A stretch of 64,000 nucleotides of DNA from the NCBI RefSeq assembly GCF_006345805.1, contig NC_043019.1:31061360-31125359 (forward strand). Reading direction: 5' to 3'. Position 1 is the stretch's first letter. Each line of letters starts with the position of its first letter. The translations under genes were made by a program, and so were the position numbers. Shown one piece after another: positions 49,627-61,126 of the stretch. Below the pieces are notes generated by a model. It ran no database searches. It was not told the DNA's origin and was given only the letters and a program-made list of their open reading frames with translations. The stretch comes from Octopus sinensis (taxonomy: Eukaryota).

Positions 49627-50680
49627 TACTGTATTTTCCATGACATACAAGTCAAGTTAATATATAGTGTAAAACATGTAGATTCAAATATCATCTCAAT
49701 CTTTCCAAATCTAGCAGAATTTCACATGAATTTTTGGTCCTTTAAAGTTGTCTTGGTATGTAAGTCAATCTACTTTTTGGCAGTAAATTTTGGTTTTAAA
49801 AAATATCAGGATGTATGCCAGAAAATACGGAATATGATAACAGGATGTGGGAAATAATTGTGACCATCCATACTGTGTTTTCTGATATACAAGTCAGTGT
49901 TGTATACAGAATAAACATGTAGTGTAAACATTCCCAATCCTGAAGCATTTCACATGGAATTTTTGATCCTTCAAAGTTATCTTGGTGTAAGCCTACCTTT
50001 TTTGGCTGCAAAATTTGATCTGCAAAATTCATCTGGTATGCTGGAAAAATATACTATGTACATAAGACAGAAGTGTATGATTTGAAAAAGACTTAGCTGC
50101 TATTTCTAATAGATCTAGTAACAGTGTAGAAGTTTCCTTTCCTAGCTCATGCATACATACAGTATTTTCCAGCATACAAGTCAACATAGTGTAAACATGT
50201 AGCATAAACATTCAAACACCATCACTGTCTTTCTAAATCCTTTTGCATTTCACATGGAAGTTTTAATTCTCAAAAGTCATCCTGGTGTATATATAAGTCG
50301 AGCTACCTTTTTTTTTGGTTATACATCTTGTACTGAAAAATTCAATTTCTGAGCTAGAAAATATGGTACGTCCATATATAAGACAGAAGTGTGCATTTTG
50401 AAAGAGATTTAGCAGTATTTTAAAATGGACAAGTGTCTGTAGCCGTTTTACTTGTTTGCTCTTAAATACATAATATATTTTCCGGCATGAAATTTGATGT
50501 AGTATATAGTGTTAAATTGTAGTGTACATATAAAAATATCATCACTATCTTTTCAAATCCTGCTGCATTTCACATAGAGTTTTTGGTCCTTCAAACTCGT
50601 CTTGATGTAAAAGTTGACCTAATATATTTGACTGTAAATTTTGGTCTGAAAAATTCAACTTGTATGCCAGAAAATATGGA
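49627..50680 (+). mobile_element. Four tandem diverged copies of a pogo/Tc2-like MITE
   Basis: Units start tac(t/a)gtattttcc and end gaaaata(c/t)gg: 49627-49830, 49871-50053, 50158-50368, 50474-50680; shared internal atttcacat motif. Confidence 0.65.
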
Positions 50681-50721
50681 AATTTAGGGGTAATACTTTT
50701 GTGGTTGGTGTCTATTCTCAA

Positions 50722-51285
50722 TATTTGTTCCTTCTTGAGCCATCCCTGGCTCATAAGGGCTGGCTTCCTGGTTTCTTTGGCGTATAGGTTCCCCCACCTG
50801 GACGGGATGCCAGTCCATCGCAGGTAAGCTGCAAGATGCAGGAGGAAAGCATGAGAGAAAGTTGTGGTGAAAGTCAGCAGAAGTTCACCATTACCTTCTG
50901 CCGGAGCTGCATGGAGCTTAGGTGTTTCGCTCATAAACACACACATCATCCGGTCTGAGATTCGAACCTGCGATCCCTCGACTGCGAGTCCACTGCTCTA
51001 ACCACTAAGACACGTGCCTCCACACAAAATAATAAATGCAACCTTTCAAAGCCTAGCCAGGCTCATGGGCCCTGTTTCCCGGTTTCAATGGTATATGTGT
51101 TCCCCAGCTGGATGGGATGCCAGTCCATCGCAGCGTTACTCATTTTTGCCAGCTGAGTGGACTGGAGCAACACGAAATAAAGTGTTTTGCTCAAGAACAC
51201 AACACGTTGCCCAGTCCAGGAATCGAAACCACAATCTTACAATCATGATGTTGACACCCTAACCACTAAGCAATGCACCTCCACA
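50722..51285 (-). mobile_element. Two adjacent family D SINEs
   Basis: Heads (minus) end at ~51022 and ~51285: ctaaccactaag..cgtgcctcc / ccctaaccactaagcaatgcacctcc. Confidence 0.8.
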
Positions 51286-51686
51286 TGCTCAATATTCTCT
51301 TCATAGACATGGTTTTCTATGCCACATTATTACAGCAGAGGATTCAATATTTACAATGAAAAATATATCAATCAGCAATAAAAAACCAATACAGCAAAAT
51401 TTAATGAAATGTCATCCTAGCGCATTATGCCATGACCAAATGCCTTCTTCCATAGCCTTGCTGCAAATAAAGCTTTGTGAAGGAAATTTCTTGGAGAAAT
51501 GGTACAAAAGCTAGTCATATGGATGCATTCTCACAGACACACACATACACACATGCACACGTATGTGCGCACACACTTGTATATGCATTCACACACATGT
51601 ATACACGCATACACACATGCACATACATCATATACACACATGTGCATGCACTCATGCACACATGCACGCATACACACATACATACA

Positions 51687-52070
51687 TAAAGAATACTGGT
51701 GGAATATTTCAATAAAACAGGAACCCAGTGTAAGTATAACAGGCCAGATTGGATTTGCATGTTAGAGGGAACTAAAGCTGTGTATCGTTGCGAAGATCAG
51801 TTGCTCAATAGATTTGAATGTCCTTTGAAAAACTGGAGCAAAAAAACATCTATTGATCATTGATAAGGAACCTACAACTCTTTTAAACCAAGCTACAGGT
51901 TTTTATTTGTTCCTTTAATCATAGATGCCTTGGGTTACATAACTGATATGCAGAGAGATCTGGAAACACTTGGGTTATCCAAAAAATAGAATAGACTGAC
52001 TTACATTCTTCAAATACAATTGATCAGAAAAACAATAAAAATTCATAAAATTTCTCAAAGCTTCTCCTTT
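51687..52070 (+). mobile_element. Decayed R4-clade endonuclease fragment (same subfamily as 30150)
   Basis: KEYWWNISIK..YNRPD..VPLIIDALGYI; frameshifted. Confidence 0.7.
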
Positions 52071-52771
52071 TGAGGTACTTGGGTGAATACAGGCACATAG
52101 TCACGTACACATATTCAATATCTATTCATGCATACACATGATCGCTAATGAAACGTATGCACTTGTGTTGTCTTGTGACACGCACACCAACGAGTGCAAG
52201 TTTATCCATATGCACACAACTTGCATGCCTTTATGTATACAAAACCCAATTCAGGTGACTACAAACTCCAATAGCTGTCGTCACGTAAGCCAAAGCCTTG
52301 CTATTCTGTTGGTGGCTTGTTTGAATTCTGCAGTGAAAAGCACTTAAAACAAATCCCAAAGATTTATAATGTGTGTGCACACACGTGCATATGTGTGTAT
52401 ATGTGTGTGTTTATGTGTATCTATATATATATAATTATGTGTGCATATGTGTATATATACATATATATACATGTGTGTGTGTGTTTATAGAGAGAAAGGA
52501 ATACACACATACACTCATATGTACATATATACATACGTTCATTCATACACACATACATACAAACTTACATAAATACGCATGTATATATATGTACATTAAC
52601 CTAAATCAGGCATGACCTCCCAGCAAAAATGGAGACCTCTCCCACTAATATGCTGCCTAGCAATCAAGCTGGTTGCTCTGCTGCTGCCATACCAGCATGT
52701 ACCTAAGCTGATTGTCAACATGCTGTCAATAAATTTAGCAACAAATATTGAAAACTATTCACAATGAAATA

Positions 52772-52995
52772 TCGGGTTGTCTGGAAAGTTCATGCCGATT
52801 TATAGTAGCTTACCTTTCGACTTACCCTGCCAGGCACCTCAATTCTGGGAAGAGGGTATTTTCTAGTTAAAGAAAAGATGGAGATGCATTGTGCAACAAA
52901 ATGTTTCATATTTGATTGATTAAAAAATAATAGCAAATGTTTATTGACCTTTTTCTTTCCTTTAAAAATCGGCACGAACTTTCCAGACAACCCAA
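52772..52995. mobile_element. mariner-type MITE
   Basis: ~30-bp TIRs ta|tcgggttgtctggaaagttcatgccgattt ... aaatcggcacgaactttccagacaacccaa|ta. Confidence 0.9.
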
Positions 52996-53407
52996 TATTT
53001 CAAGAGGAGACCATTTAGCTTTTAAAACTCTTCCTTGAAAAAAAAAAGGCACTTTAATAATGTAAATGAAAGTAGAAATGAGCTGGGTCCAATGGTGATT
53101 AAAGAAATCAGTGGAGAATATTCACAACGATGGAATGATTATCTTGTCTTGGCAAATTAATGCTTGTTTATGTGTCCTTTCAATGATTGCATACGCCCAC
53201 CTTAGAGATACAAAAGAATTAAACAAAGGCAAAGCAATACAAAGAATGCCATTATGGCATTTTGAAAATGGGAATGAGCATCATCAATCTTCAGAAACCT
53301 ATCAGTTGTGTCATATTGATTATCACATTCAAACTGAGAGATAAATAAACTCCCTGTTGACAAAGTGTGAAAAATAGAACAGAATAATGTTTGGAAATAT
53401 TAACAAG

Positions 53408-53578
53408 AGGCACAGGAGTGGCTGTGTGGTAAGTAGCTTGCTTACCAACCATATGGTTCCAGGTTCAGTCCCACTGTGTGCCACTTTGGGCAAGTGTCTT
53501 CTACTATAGCCTCGGGCTGACCAGAGCCTTGTGAGTGGATTTGGTAGACGAAACTGAAAGAAGCCTGTCGTACATATG

Positions 53579-53627
<49 letters not shown>

Positions 53628-53864
53628 GTGTGTGTGTGTGTGTGTATGTATATGTATGGGTGTGTTTATGTTTGTCCCTCCTGTATCATTTGACAACCGA
53701 TGGTGGTGTGTTTACGTCCCCATAACTTAGTGGTTCAGCAAAAGAGACTGATAGAATAAGTACTAGGTTTACAAAGAATAATTCCTGGGGTCGATTTGCT
53801 TGACTAAAGGCAGTGCTCCAGCATGGCTGCAGTCAAATAACTGAAACAAGTAAACGAGTAAGAG
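53408..53864 (+). mobile_element. SINE family A, full length
   Basis: aggcacaggagtggctgtgtggtaag...ctgaaacaagtaaacgagtaagag. Confidence 0.9.
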
Positions 53865-53964
53865 AACACATATATACACATTGTCTGAAAAGAGAAGGTG
53901 TCCTCTGAAGATGAAAATGCAACAGTTGTCAGCATACCTAGGTCTGAATCTTTTAGAATGTATT

Positions 53965-54175
53965 ACTTTCAAATTTTGGCACAAGGCCAGCAATTTTGCG
54001 GAGGGAGGTAAGTCGACGACATTGACCCCATTGCTCATCTGGTACTTATTTTATCAACTGTGAAAGGATGAAATGCAAAGTCAGCCTTGACGACATTGAA
54101 ATCAGTACATAAAGATGGCTGAAGAGCTGCTAAGAATTTTGCCTGGTATACTAACGATTGTGTTAGCTCACTGCC
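53965..54175 (-). mobile_element. SINE family B (decayed)
   Basis: ggtacttattttatcaactgtgaaaggatgaaatgcaaagtc. Confidence 0.65.
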
Positions 54176-54486
54176 TTAATCTGCCAGAACATGTTCAGAA
54201 TGAACACATACATTATTGTTTTGGCTGTTTCTGTTCTTTGAGCACATAATAAATTATTATCAGTTTCTCAGAACTGAGCACACATCAAAGAATATGGTTA
54301 TTTGGTTGCTGAATCCCATAAAGAAGAGCCATCAATCTTGCTTAGATTCATTGATCTGGGAATAGCTTTGACTGAAGAGGCACAACCAGGAGGAAACACT
54401 GTGTTGTTTCAAAGTTCCCTTACATCCATGAATCAAGTGTGTTATGAATACATCATCTGAAAGGAGAATACCTTCTCCATTAATAT

Positions 54487-54927
54487 AACTCTCTTTACTC
54501 TTTTACTCTTTTACTCTTTTACTCTTTTACTTGTTTCAATCATTTGACTGCAGCCATGCTGGAGCACTGCCTTTAGTCGAGCAAATCGACCCTAGGACTT
54601 ATTCTTTGTAAGCCTAGTACTTATTCTATCGGTCTCTTTTGCTGAACCGCTAAGTTACGAGGACATAAGCACACCAGCATTGGTTGTCAAGTGATGTTGG
54701 GCGGGGGGACAAACACAGACACAAAAACATATACACACACATAGATATATATATACATATATACGACAGGCTTCTTTCAATTTCTGTCTACCAAATCCAC
54801 TCACAAGACTTTGGTCAGCCTGAGGCTATAGTAGAAGTCACTTGCCCAAGGTGCCACGCAGTGGGACTAAACCTGGAACCATGTGGTTGGTAAGTAAGCT
54901 ACTTACCACACAGCCACTCCTACGTCT
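54487..54927 (-). mobile_element. SINE family A, full length
   Basis: (tactctt)n tail x4 to head cagccactcctacgtct. Confidence 0.9.
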
Positions 54928-55489
54928 ATGAGTACCCTTAATGTAGTTCTCAGGGAGATTCAACATGATGCAAAATGTGACAGGACTGACCCTTTGAAAT
55001 ATAGGTGCTACTCATTTTTGCTAGCTGAGCAGATTGGAGCAATTGAAAATAATGTGTCTTGCTGAAGCACAGAATGCACTACCAGGAATCGAAATCACAA
55101 CCTTATGGTCATGAGCTGAATATTCTAACCACTAAGCTATGCACCTTCACAAGAACAACTATAGTGATGTATATGTAAATGAAGGTATCTCTCATCCTCA
55201 TATACACAACAACATTATGGCACAATTACTTACAAAAGGTAGGCATATTTTGGATAACTGTTCTGATACTGCAGGGAAGAAAAAGAAGACCTTTCCTTCA
55301 CATATTAACACTCTAATCACCGTGATCACCGTGACTGACCAGGCTATTAGATGTTGTTACACATCGCTGGTCACAATGTGCTTCGCTTTGTTTTAGCCTT
55401 CAAATGACGCCACCCCACTGGCTAAGCGAGCAGGCCAACAGAAGAATGAGTGAAAGTTGTGGTGAAAGAGTACAGCAGGGATCGCCACA

Positions 55490-56140
55490 TACTCAAAATA
55501 TTGTATTCTATCACTCTCAACTTAGCTGATATCATAGCAGCCATGAACAATAAAATGTTATACAATAATACTCTCACTATAAACTCCCTCCACTAAGTAG
55601 ATAAACAGGATAACCATTCTGCTAACAACAGACAACTAGCCAATCAAATGATCCTACCACAGCTGGTGTTGAACCCTGTCCATGAACTATTAGAAGAGCA
55701 CTAGTTAAAAATAATACTCTTTTTTGAGAATCCATTCTAAATTATGTAACTGTAAAATTCCAACTAAATGTCCCTTAAACAATCCATGCCTTAAGAAAAA
55801 AGTTGATTTATAAGTGCTCTGTTTCTAGACGTGGCACAATTTTTCATTATATATTGGAGCTACAACCACTTTCTTTTGACATAGAGTATATAACTACATT
55901 CATTTATTTAAGAACCTACATAAACAATATACTAGGTCACTGGCTGAATTAGTATGGGATTTCAGAAAGAGAAAATAGACAATGAAATATCTTGGTCCAT
56001 GCCTAAAATAGCATTTCCATTCAAGGATGGTGGAAGCAAATGTAATCTATGTTCATTAGAAGCATTAAAGATGTTGAGGCATAAAAATAGTCTAATAAAT
56101 ACATGTAATATATAATTAATTACATGCTGACAAGTTTAAT
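55490..56140 (+). mobile_element. Decayed Penelope-like element, GIY-YIG endonuclease region
   Basis: CNCKIPTKCPLNNPCLKK (55745), IYKCSV (55806), YIGATT (55850), SLAELVW, EISWSM..AFPFKDGGSKCNLC (56041), in the order typical of Penelope endonucleases; stops and frameshifts. Confidence 0.8.
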
Positions 56141-57067
56141 AGAGCTTTTGGATCAATTTCAATAACCTAGTAAATTTTTTAAGAGGATATGCTTTCGTCC
56201 TTATTTCATCTGCCCCATTTCCTAACCTCAGAAATAATTAATTATTAATTATTAATCCTTCATTAGCCTTAATTAACTCTTGTTTCACATAATCATCATT
56301 CATAATTTTTATTGTAAAATTTAATACTATTTCAATTATTATCATTATTGATCTATAATTTTAAAACTTGTTTAATTCCATTAATATTTCAATTCATATA
56401 TTTTTTATTTTGTTTTTAATCATTTTGTTAATTATTTTGTTTTTCATATTCTCCAAATATTTCTATTTTGATTTTTCTTTCACTTTATTTTGAATTTATA
56501 AGTTTTCAAATTTTTAGTTTATAAGTTTCTAGATTTAAAGTTTTCAACTCATTTAAATATCTTAAATTCTATAAAAACAGATTTTATATTTTAAATTTTG
56601 ATTATATTAAATTTTGAGTTGAACTTTGTAAATCTTTTAATTTTTATTTATTTATCTTCAACCATTTGATCAGTTACATTTTACCTTTACAATATTAAAC
56701 TTGTTAATTCTTTTAATCACAGAGGTTCTATATCTCTGCATGCATTTCCTAATTCCTAACTCACAATTCTTTCAATTTATTTCTCTATTTTTCTCAACTT
56801 TATTCTTTTATATAAATTTATTCCATAAAATTCATTTACAATGCTTAATTCAGCATTTCCCTTATCTTTCTGATTTGCAGTTCATTGCAGTATTATTTCT
56901 TTATCTTTTCTCTACCTTTATTCATAAAGAAAGTTTCAACTTATTATTATTATTGTTGTTGTTGTTCTATGTTTTGCTTTTGCTTTACATTTGTACAAGT
57001 TGGCACCAAGTCTTATACAGAGACCTCAAAAGACAAGTTGGAAGTTCATGTTGGGGTTCTTCTTCTT

Positions 57068-57136
<69 letters not shown>

Positions 57137-57369
57137 TTCAGTAGCATCTTCTGTTTCAATTCTGTTTCCATTTCTTGCCGAGTGTCTTCCTGATTCCAAG
57201 GGCAGAGAAATGTACTGTATACATTGGTAGGCCATTGAAACAAACACACCAGATTGTTCATTTACAGAGTCATGTGATAAAGAAAAAGGGGAAGACAGAG
57301 AGAAAAAGGGAAAAATAGAAAAATAGAAAAATAAACAAATAAAATAAAGGGGGGAGGAAAGAAGAAAAT

Positions 57370-57402
<33 letters not shown>

Positions 57403-57415
57403 TATTATTATTATT

Positions 57416-57453
<38 letters not shown>

Positions 57454-57976
57454 TCTGATGATGAAGATGATGATGATGATGATGAAAAGATATGTTTCTT
57501 CTTGATAACTGCTGCGTTTGCACATTATCCATTAAGTGGCCACCTAGATACCTGAGGTACATAATGGATATGTGTCTCTTAATGCATTTGGTGATCGTAC
57601 GATGTTGAGAAGTGTTAGGACTGGATGAAAATGAATGAACCAAATATAAAATTATAAATAAAAATATATCCAAAATTGTGCATATGAGTGTCCAATAAAA
57701 AAATTCTAAAGATCTATGAAATTTTATGGCGATACTGCTCTATATAAAATGTGTGCTGTGCCCATTAAGGCATAATTTTTTGTATGTCCTTTAAGAATGG
57801 TTTTCCTGGTATCATATCTATGAATTTCTCAGTTCCTTTCTTTATTATCCCAAGTATTCCTATGATAACAACCAGTTATCATGGCATATTTTGGCAATCT
57901 CCATGCCTACATCTTAGCATATTTGCATGGCATATATGCCAATCTCCATGCCTACATATATATATATATATGTATA

Positions 57977-58305
57977 TCATCATCATCATCATCATCGTTT
58001 AACGTCCGTTTTCCATGCTAACATGGGTTAGACGGTTTGACCGGGGTCTGGGAAGCCAGGAGACTGTGCCAGGCATCAGTCTGATCTGGCAATGTTTCTT
58101 CAGCTTGATGCCCTTCCTAATGCCAACCACTCTGTGAGTGTAGCAGGTGCTTTTTACGTGCCACCAGCACAGGGGCCAGGGGAGGCTGGCAAACAGCCAC
58201 GATTGGTTGGTGCTTTTTACGTATCACCGACACGGACGCCAGTCAGGTGGCGCTAGCATCAGCCACATTCGGATGGTGCTTTTCATGTGCCACCGGCACG
58301 GGTAT
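57977..58305 (-). mobile_element. RTE LINE tail (family C)
   Basis: (CAT)n-cgtttaacgtccgttttccatgc...gatgcccttcctaatgccaacc. Confidence 0.85.
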
Positions 58306-58386
58306 CTTAACAATGATTTCCATTTGATTTTTATTTTAATGTTGGTGTTGACACACTTATATGTATATATATATATTTATATATAT

Positions 58387-58587
58387 TAAAGAATGTAGCT
58401 GAGTAAAGCTGGAATAATGTGAAAAGGTAAGAAAATAAACTAAAAAATGAAATGAAAAGAAAACAAAGTTACAGTTTTACCAAGGTAAAATTGTAACTTT
58501 GTTCAACTTAGTTCTGCTATCTTTTCATTTTGTAGTTTATTTTCTACCTTACCACACTGTTCCAGTTTCACACAACTCCATTCTTTA
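58387..58587. repeat. Imperfect ~200-bp foldback
   Basis: Central 20-bp arms 58462-58481/58484-58503 (1 G-T pair) around a 2-nt loop; outer arms are diverged. Confidence 0.8.
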
Positions 58588-58752
58588 ATGTTGTACCTCA
58601 CAATGCTTCACAAAACTACTGCATATTAATATATTGTTTTGACCCTTCATCCTAGCAATAATGGTGCTAGTAAGTACCCTCTGTCACTTTTGAGACCACT
58701 ATTAATTTTGCAATTAAGTTCAAATTGTTAATAAGTCACCCATTTAATTTGT

Positions 58753-58789
<37 letters not shown>

Positions 58790-58824
58790 CTTCATAATTT
58801 AAAATTGAATAGAAGGTCTTGAAA

Positions 58825-58870
58825 CCACCTGATGAATGTCCTTAGAAGTGACAGGAAACAATTGTAGTGG
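58825..58870 (+). ncRNA. Minimal type-I hammerhead ribozyme
   Basis: CCAC-CUGAUGA-AUGUC-cuuagaagu-GACAG-GAAA-CAAUU-GUA^GUGG; stem I CCAC/GUGG, palindromic stem III ACAAUUGU, closing pair of stem II mismatched. Confidence 0.6.
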
Positions 58871-58963
58871 ATAACATAATTTTATTTAATTTATATAAAA
58901 TTTTTTATGTATTGGATTAAGTCTTTCTTTGTTTGATTTGCATATTAGTGGTTTTGTCTCTAA

Positions 58964-58996
<33 letters not shown>

Positions 58997-59966
58997 CTTG
59001 GAAAAGGATGTGTGCTGTTCAATCATATACTACGAACATACGAAAGTGCTAATTGAACTTTATGAACATTACTAATTACCTTTTTTAATGTTTAACACAC
59101 TTCAACATTGTAAAAATATTTTCTTATTAAATACCGCAATGAAAACGAGACCATATTGTAACTTTATTCACTGACTTTGAATCAACATCGATTTTCAAAC
59201 GGTGTTGGGTCTAATAGTACCTGAGTGAAAAAGGTTGCATGCAAGGAAGGTAAGGCTATGGAAAAATTCTTTTAGAAATGCTGCCTGTCTGATGTTGAGC
59301 CATGTTTCATAATATTATGAACTTATTGAATACAATGTTCAGGTGGCTCACTTCTTCAGAAAGGTAGCCTCTGCTGGTTCGATTCTTTAAATTTAATACT
59401 TTTTTTAAAGTGAAAAAGTATTTTGTTTAAATCTTTTGTTTTTGTTTTTTTATCCTTCTGCAATCTTTAATTTCTTTAATTTCAAGAATATAATTGTTTA
59501 ATTACAAATTCTGAATGGCAATTTGTTGGATCTATATTAAGTGTTGGAACAAGATGATCATAGTCTGCATAAGGAAATCCATAATAATCTCTCTATTAAA
59601 CTTTTCTCCTTCTTGATATGTGACTCTGATTAATTAATGAATTTAATTAATTAATTAGTTAATTTATTGATTAATTAATGCCTTTCTGAATATTGAATAT
59701 TTATTTATGAGTTGTGTTTTTAACGTATTCGCATGAAATTCTTTATCTTTTATCTTTTAATTGTTTCTGCCATTAGACCGGCCATGCTGCAGCACCACCT
59801 TGAGGAACTAATAGTGAAATGAATTGACCCCAGTACTTTTTTACAGCCTACTACAGAGTCTATTGATCTCTTGTTAGGGGACATTAACACAACAGCACCA
59901 GTTGTCACATTGTACTGGTGGGTTACAAACACAGTCACTGACATATATATATATATATATATATAT

Positions 59967-60010
<44 letters not shown>

Positions 60011-60047
60011 CCTTGTCTTCCCTTCTCGGGATCTTTCCTTCACCTAT

Positions 60048-60082
60048 GTTTCCGACGAAGAGCTCCGTTCGAAACGTCAAAC
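60048..60082 (+). ncRNA. Minimal type-I hammerhead ribozyme with U4C variant
   Basis: GUUU-CCGACGA-A-GAGC-ucc-GUUC-GAAAC-GUC^AAAC; stem I GUUU/AAAC, palindromic ACGU stem III. Confidence 0.6.
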
Positions 60083-60193
60083 CCTCCTTCTTCCCTTCTT
60101 TCCTGAGCGTCCAATAATACTTTATTTGTTCCACATCCTTGCGTTGTTGTTTTTTTGTTTTTGTTTTCTTGTTTGGATTAACTTTATATATAT

Positions 60194-60253
<60 letters not shown>

Positions 60254-60262
<9 letters not shown>

Positions 60263-60433
60263 AATGAAAGATGGAAGATGGAATATACGAGAATTTATTA
60301 TTAATCATGACAATTGTTTTGACACATCTAGCATCGATTCCTCTTGGGTGCAACACTCAACAAAAGGAAACAATGCTAGATGTGTTGAAACAATTCTCGT
60401 ATATTCCATCTTCTGTCTTTCATTTGCCATATA
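60254..60433. repeat. Foldback element related to the 32.5-kb family
   Basis: Arms 60254-60295/60392-60433 and 60312-60334/60373-60395; shares gctagatg..gaaacaatt with the 32.5-kb element. Confidence 0.7.
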
Positions 60434-60473
60434 CCTTACGATCACTGTGGAATTGACTGTGCCATATATATAT

Positions 60474-60512
<39 letters not shown>

Positions 60513-60673
60513 GGTGCAGGCATGGCTATATAGTAAGAGGCTTGCTTCCCAGCCACATGGTTCCAGGTTCTGTCTCACTGTGTGGCACCTTGGGCAAGTA
60601 TCTTCTACCATAGTTCAGGCTGACCAAAAGCCTTGTGAGTGGATTTGGTAGGCAGAAATATACATACAATATA

Positions 60674-60740
<67 letters not shown>

Positions 60741-60902
60741 GATAAACTTCTTTCAGTTTCTATTTACTAAAGCCTCTCACAAGGCTTTGGTTGGATCAAG
60801 ACCTTAGTAGAAAATACTTGCCCAAGATGCAGTGCAGTGAGATTGAACCTGAAACCATGTGGTTGGGAAGCAAGCTTTTTTGCCACATAGCCACACCTGC
60901 AC
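60513..60902. mobile_element. Tail-to-tail pair of SINE family A 5' halves separated by (TA)n
   Basis: Plus copy 60513-60657, minus copy 60745-60902. Confidence 0.8.
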
Positions 60903-61126
60903 ATAATATTGAATTTTAAAACAAATATAGAAGCGATCAGTCTCCATATTTTATTCGTCTCATCTACAACAAATTTTAATAAAGATTGATTTCGTCTGAC
61001 ATCATGTAGACCAGTGCTTCTCAAACTATCTGATGTGGAGTACCAGCAGTTTTTTTTTTCCAATGTGCCAGGGACCGGTAATATTTCTTAATAATATTAA
61101 TTTATACCGGAAACAATATATATAAT

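Noticed and set aside
57551-57619. Possible 69-bp minus-strand exon (LTLLNIVRSPNALRDTYPLCTS) after a good polypyrimidine-cag
   Set aside because: The donor (gtatct) is weak and there is no homology I recognise; spliced reads would be needed to support it.
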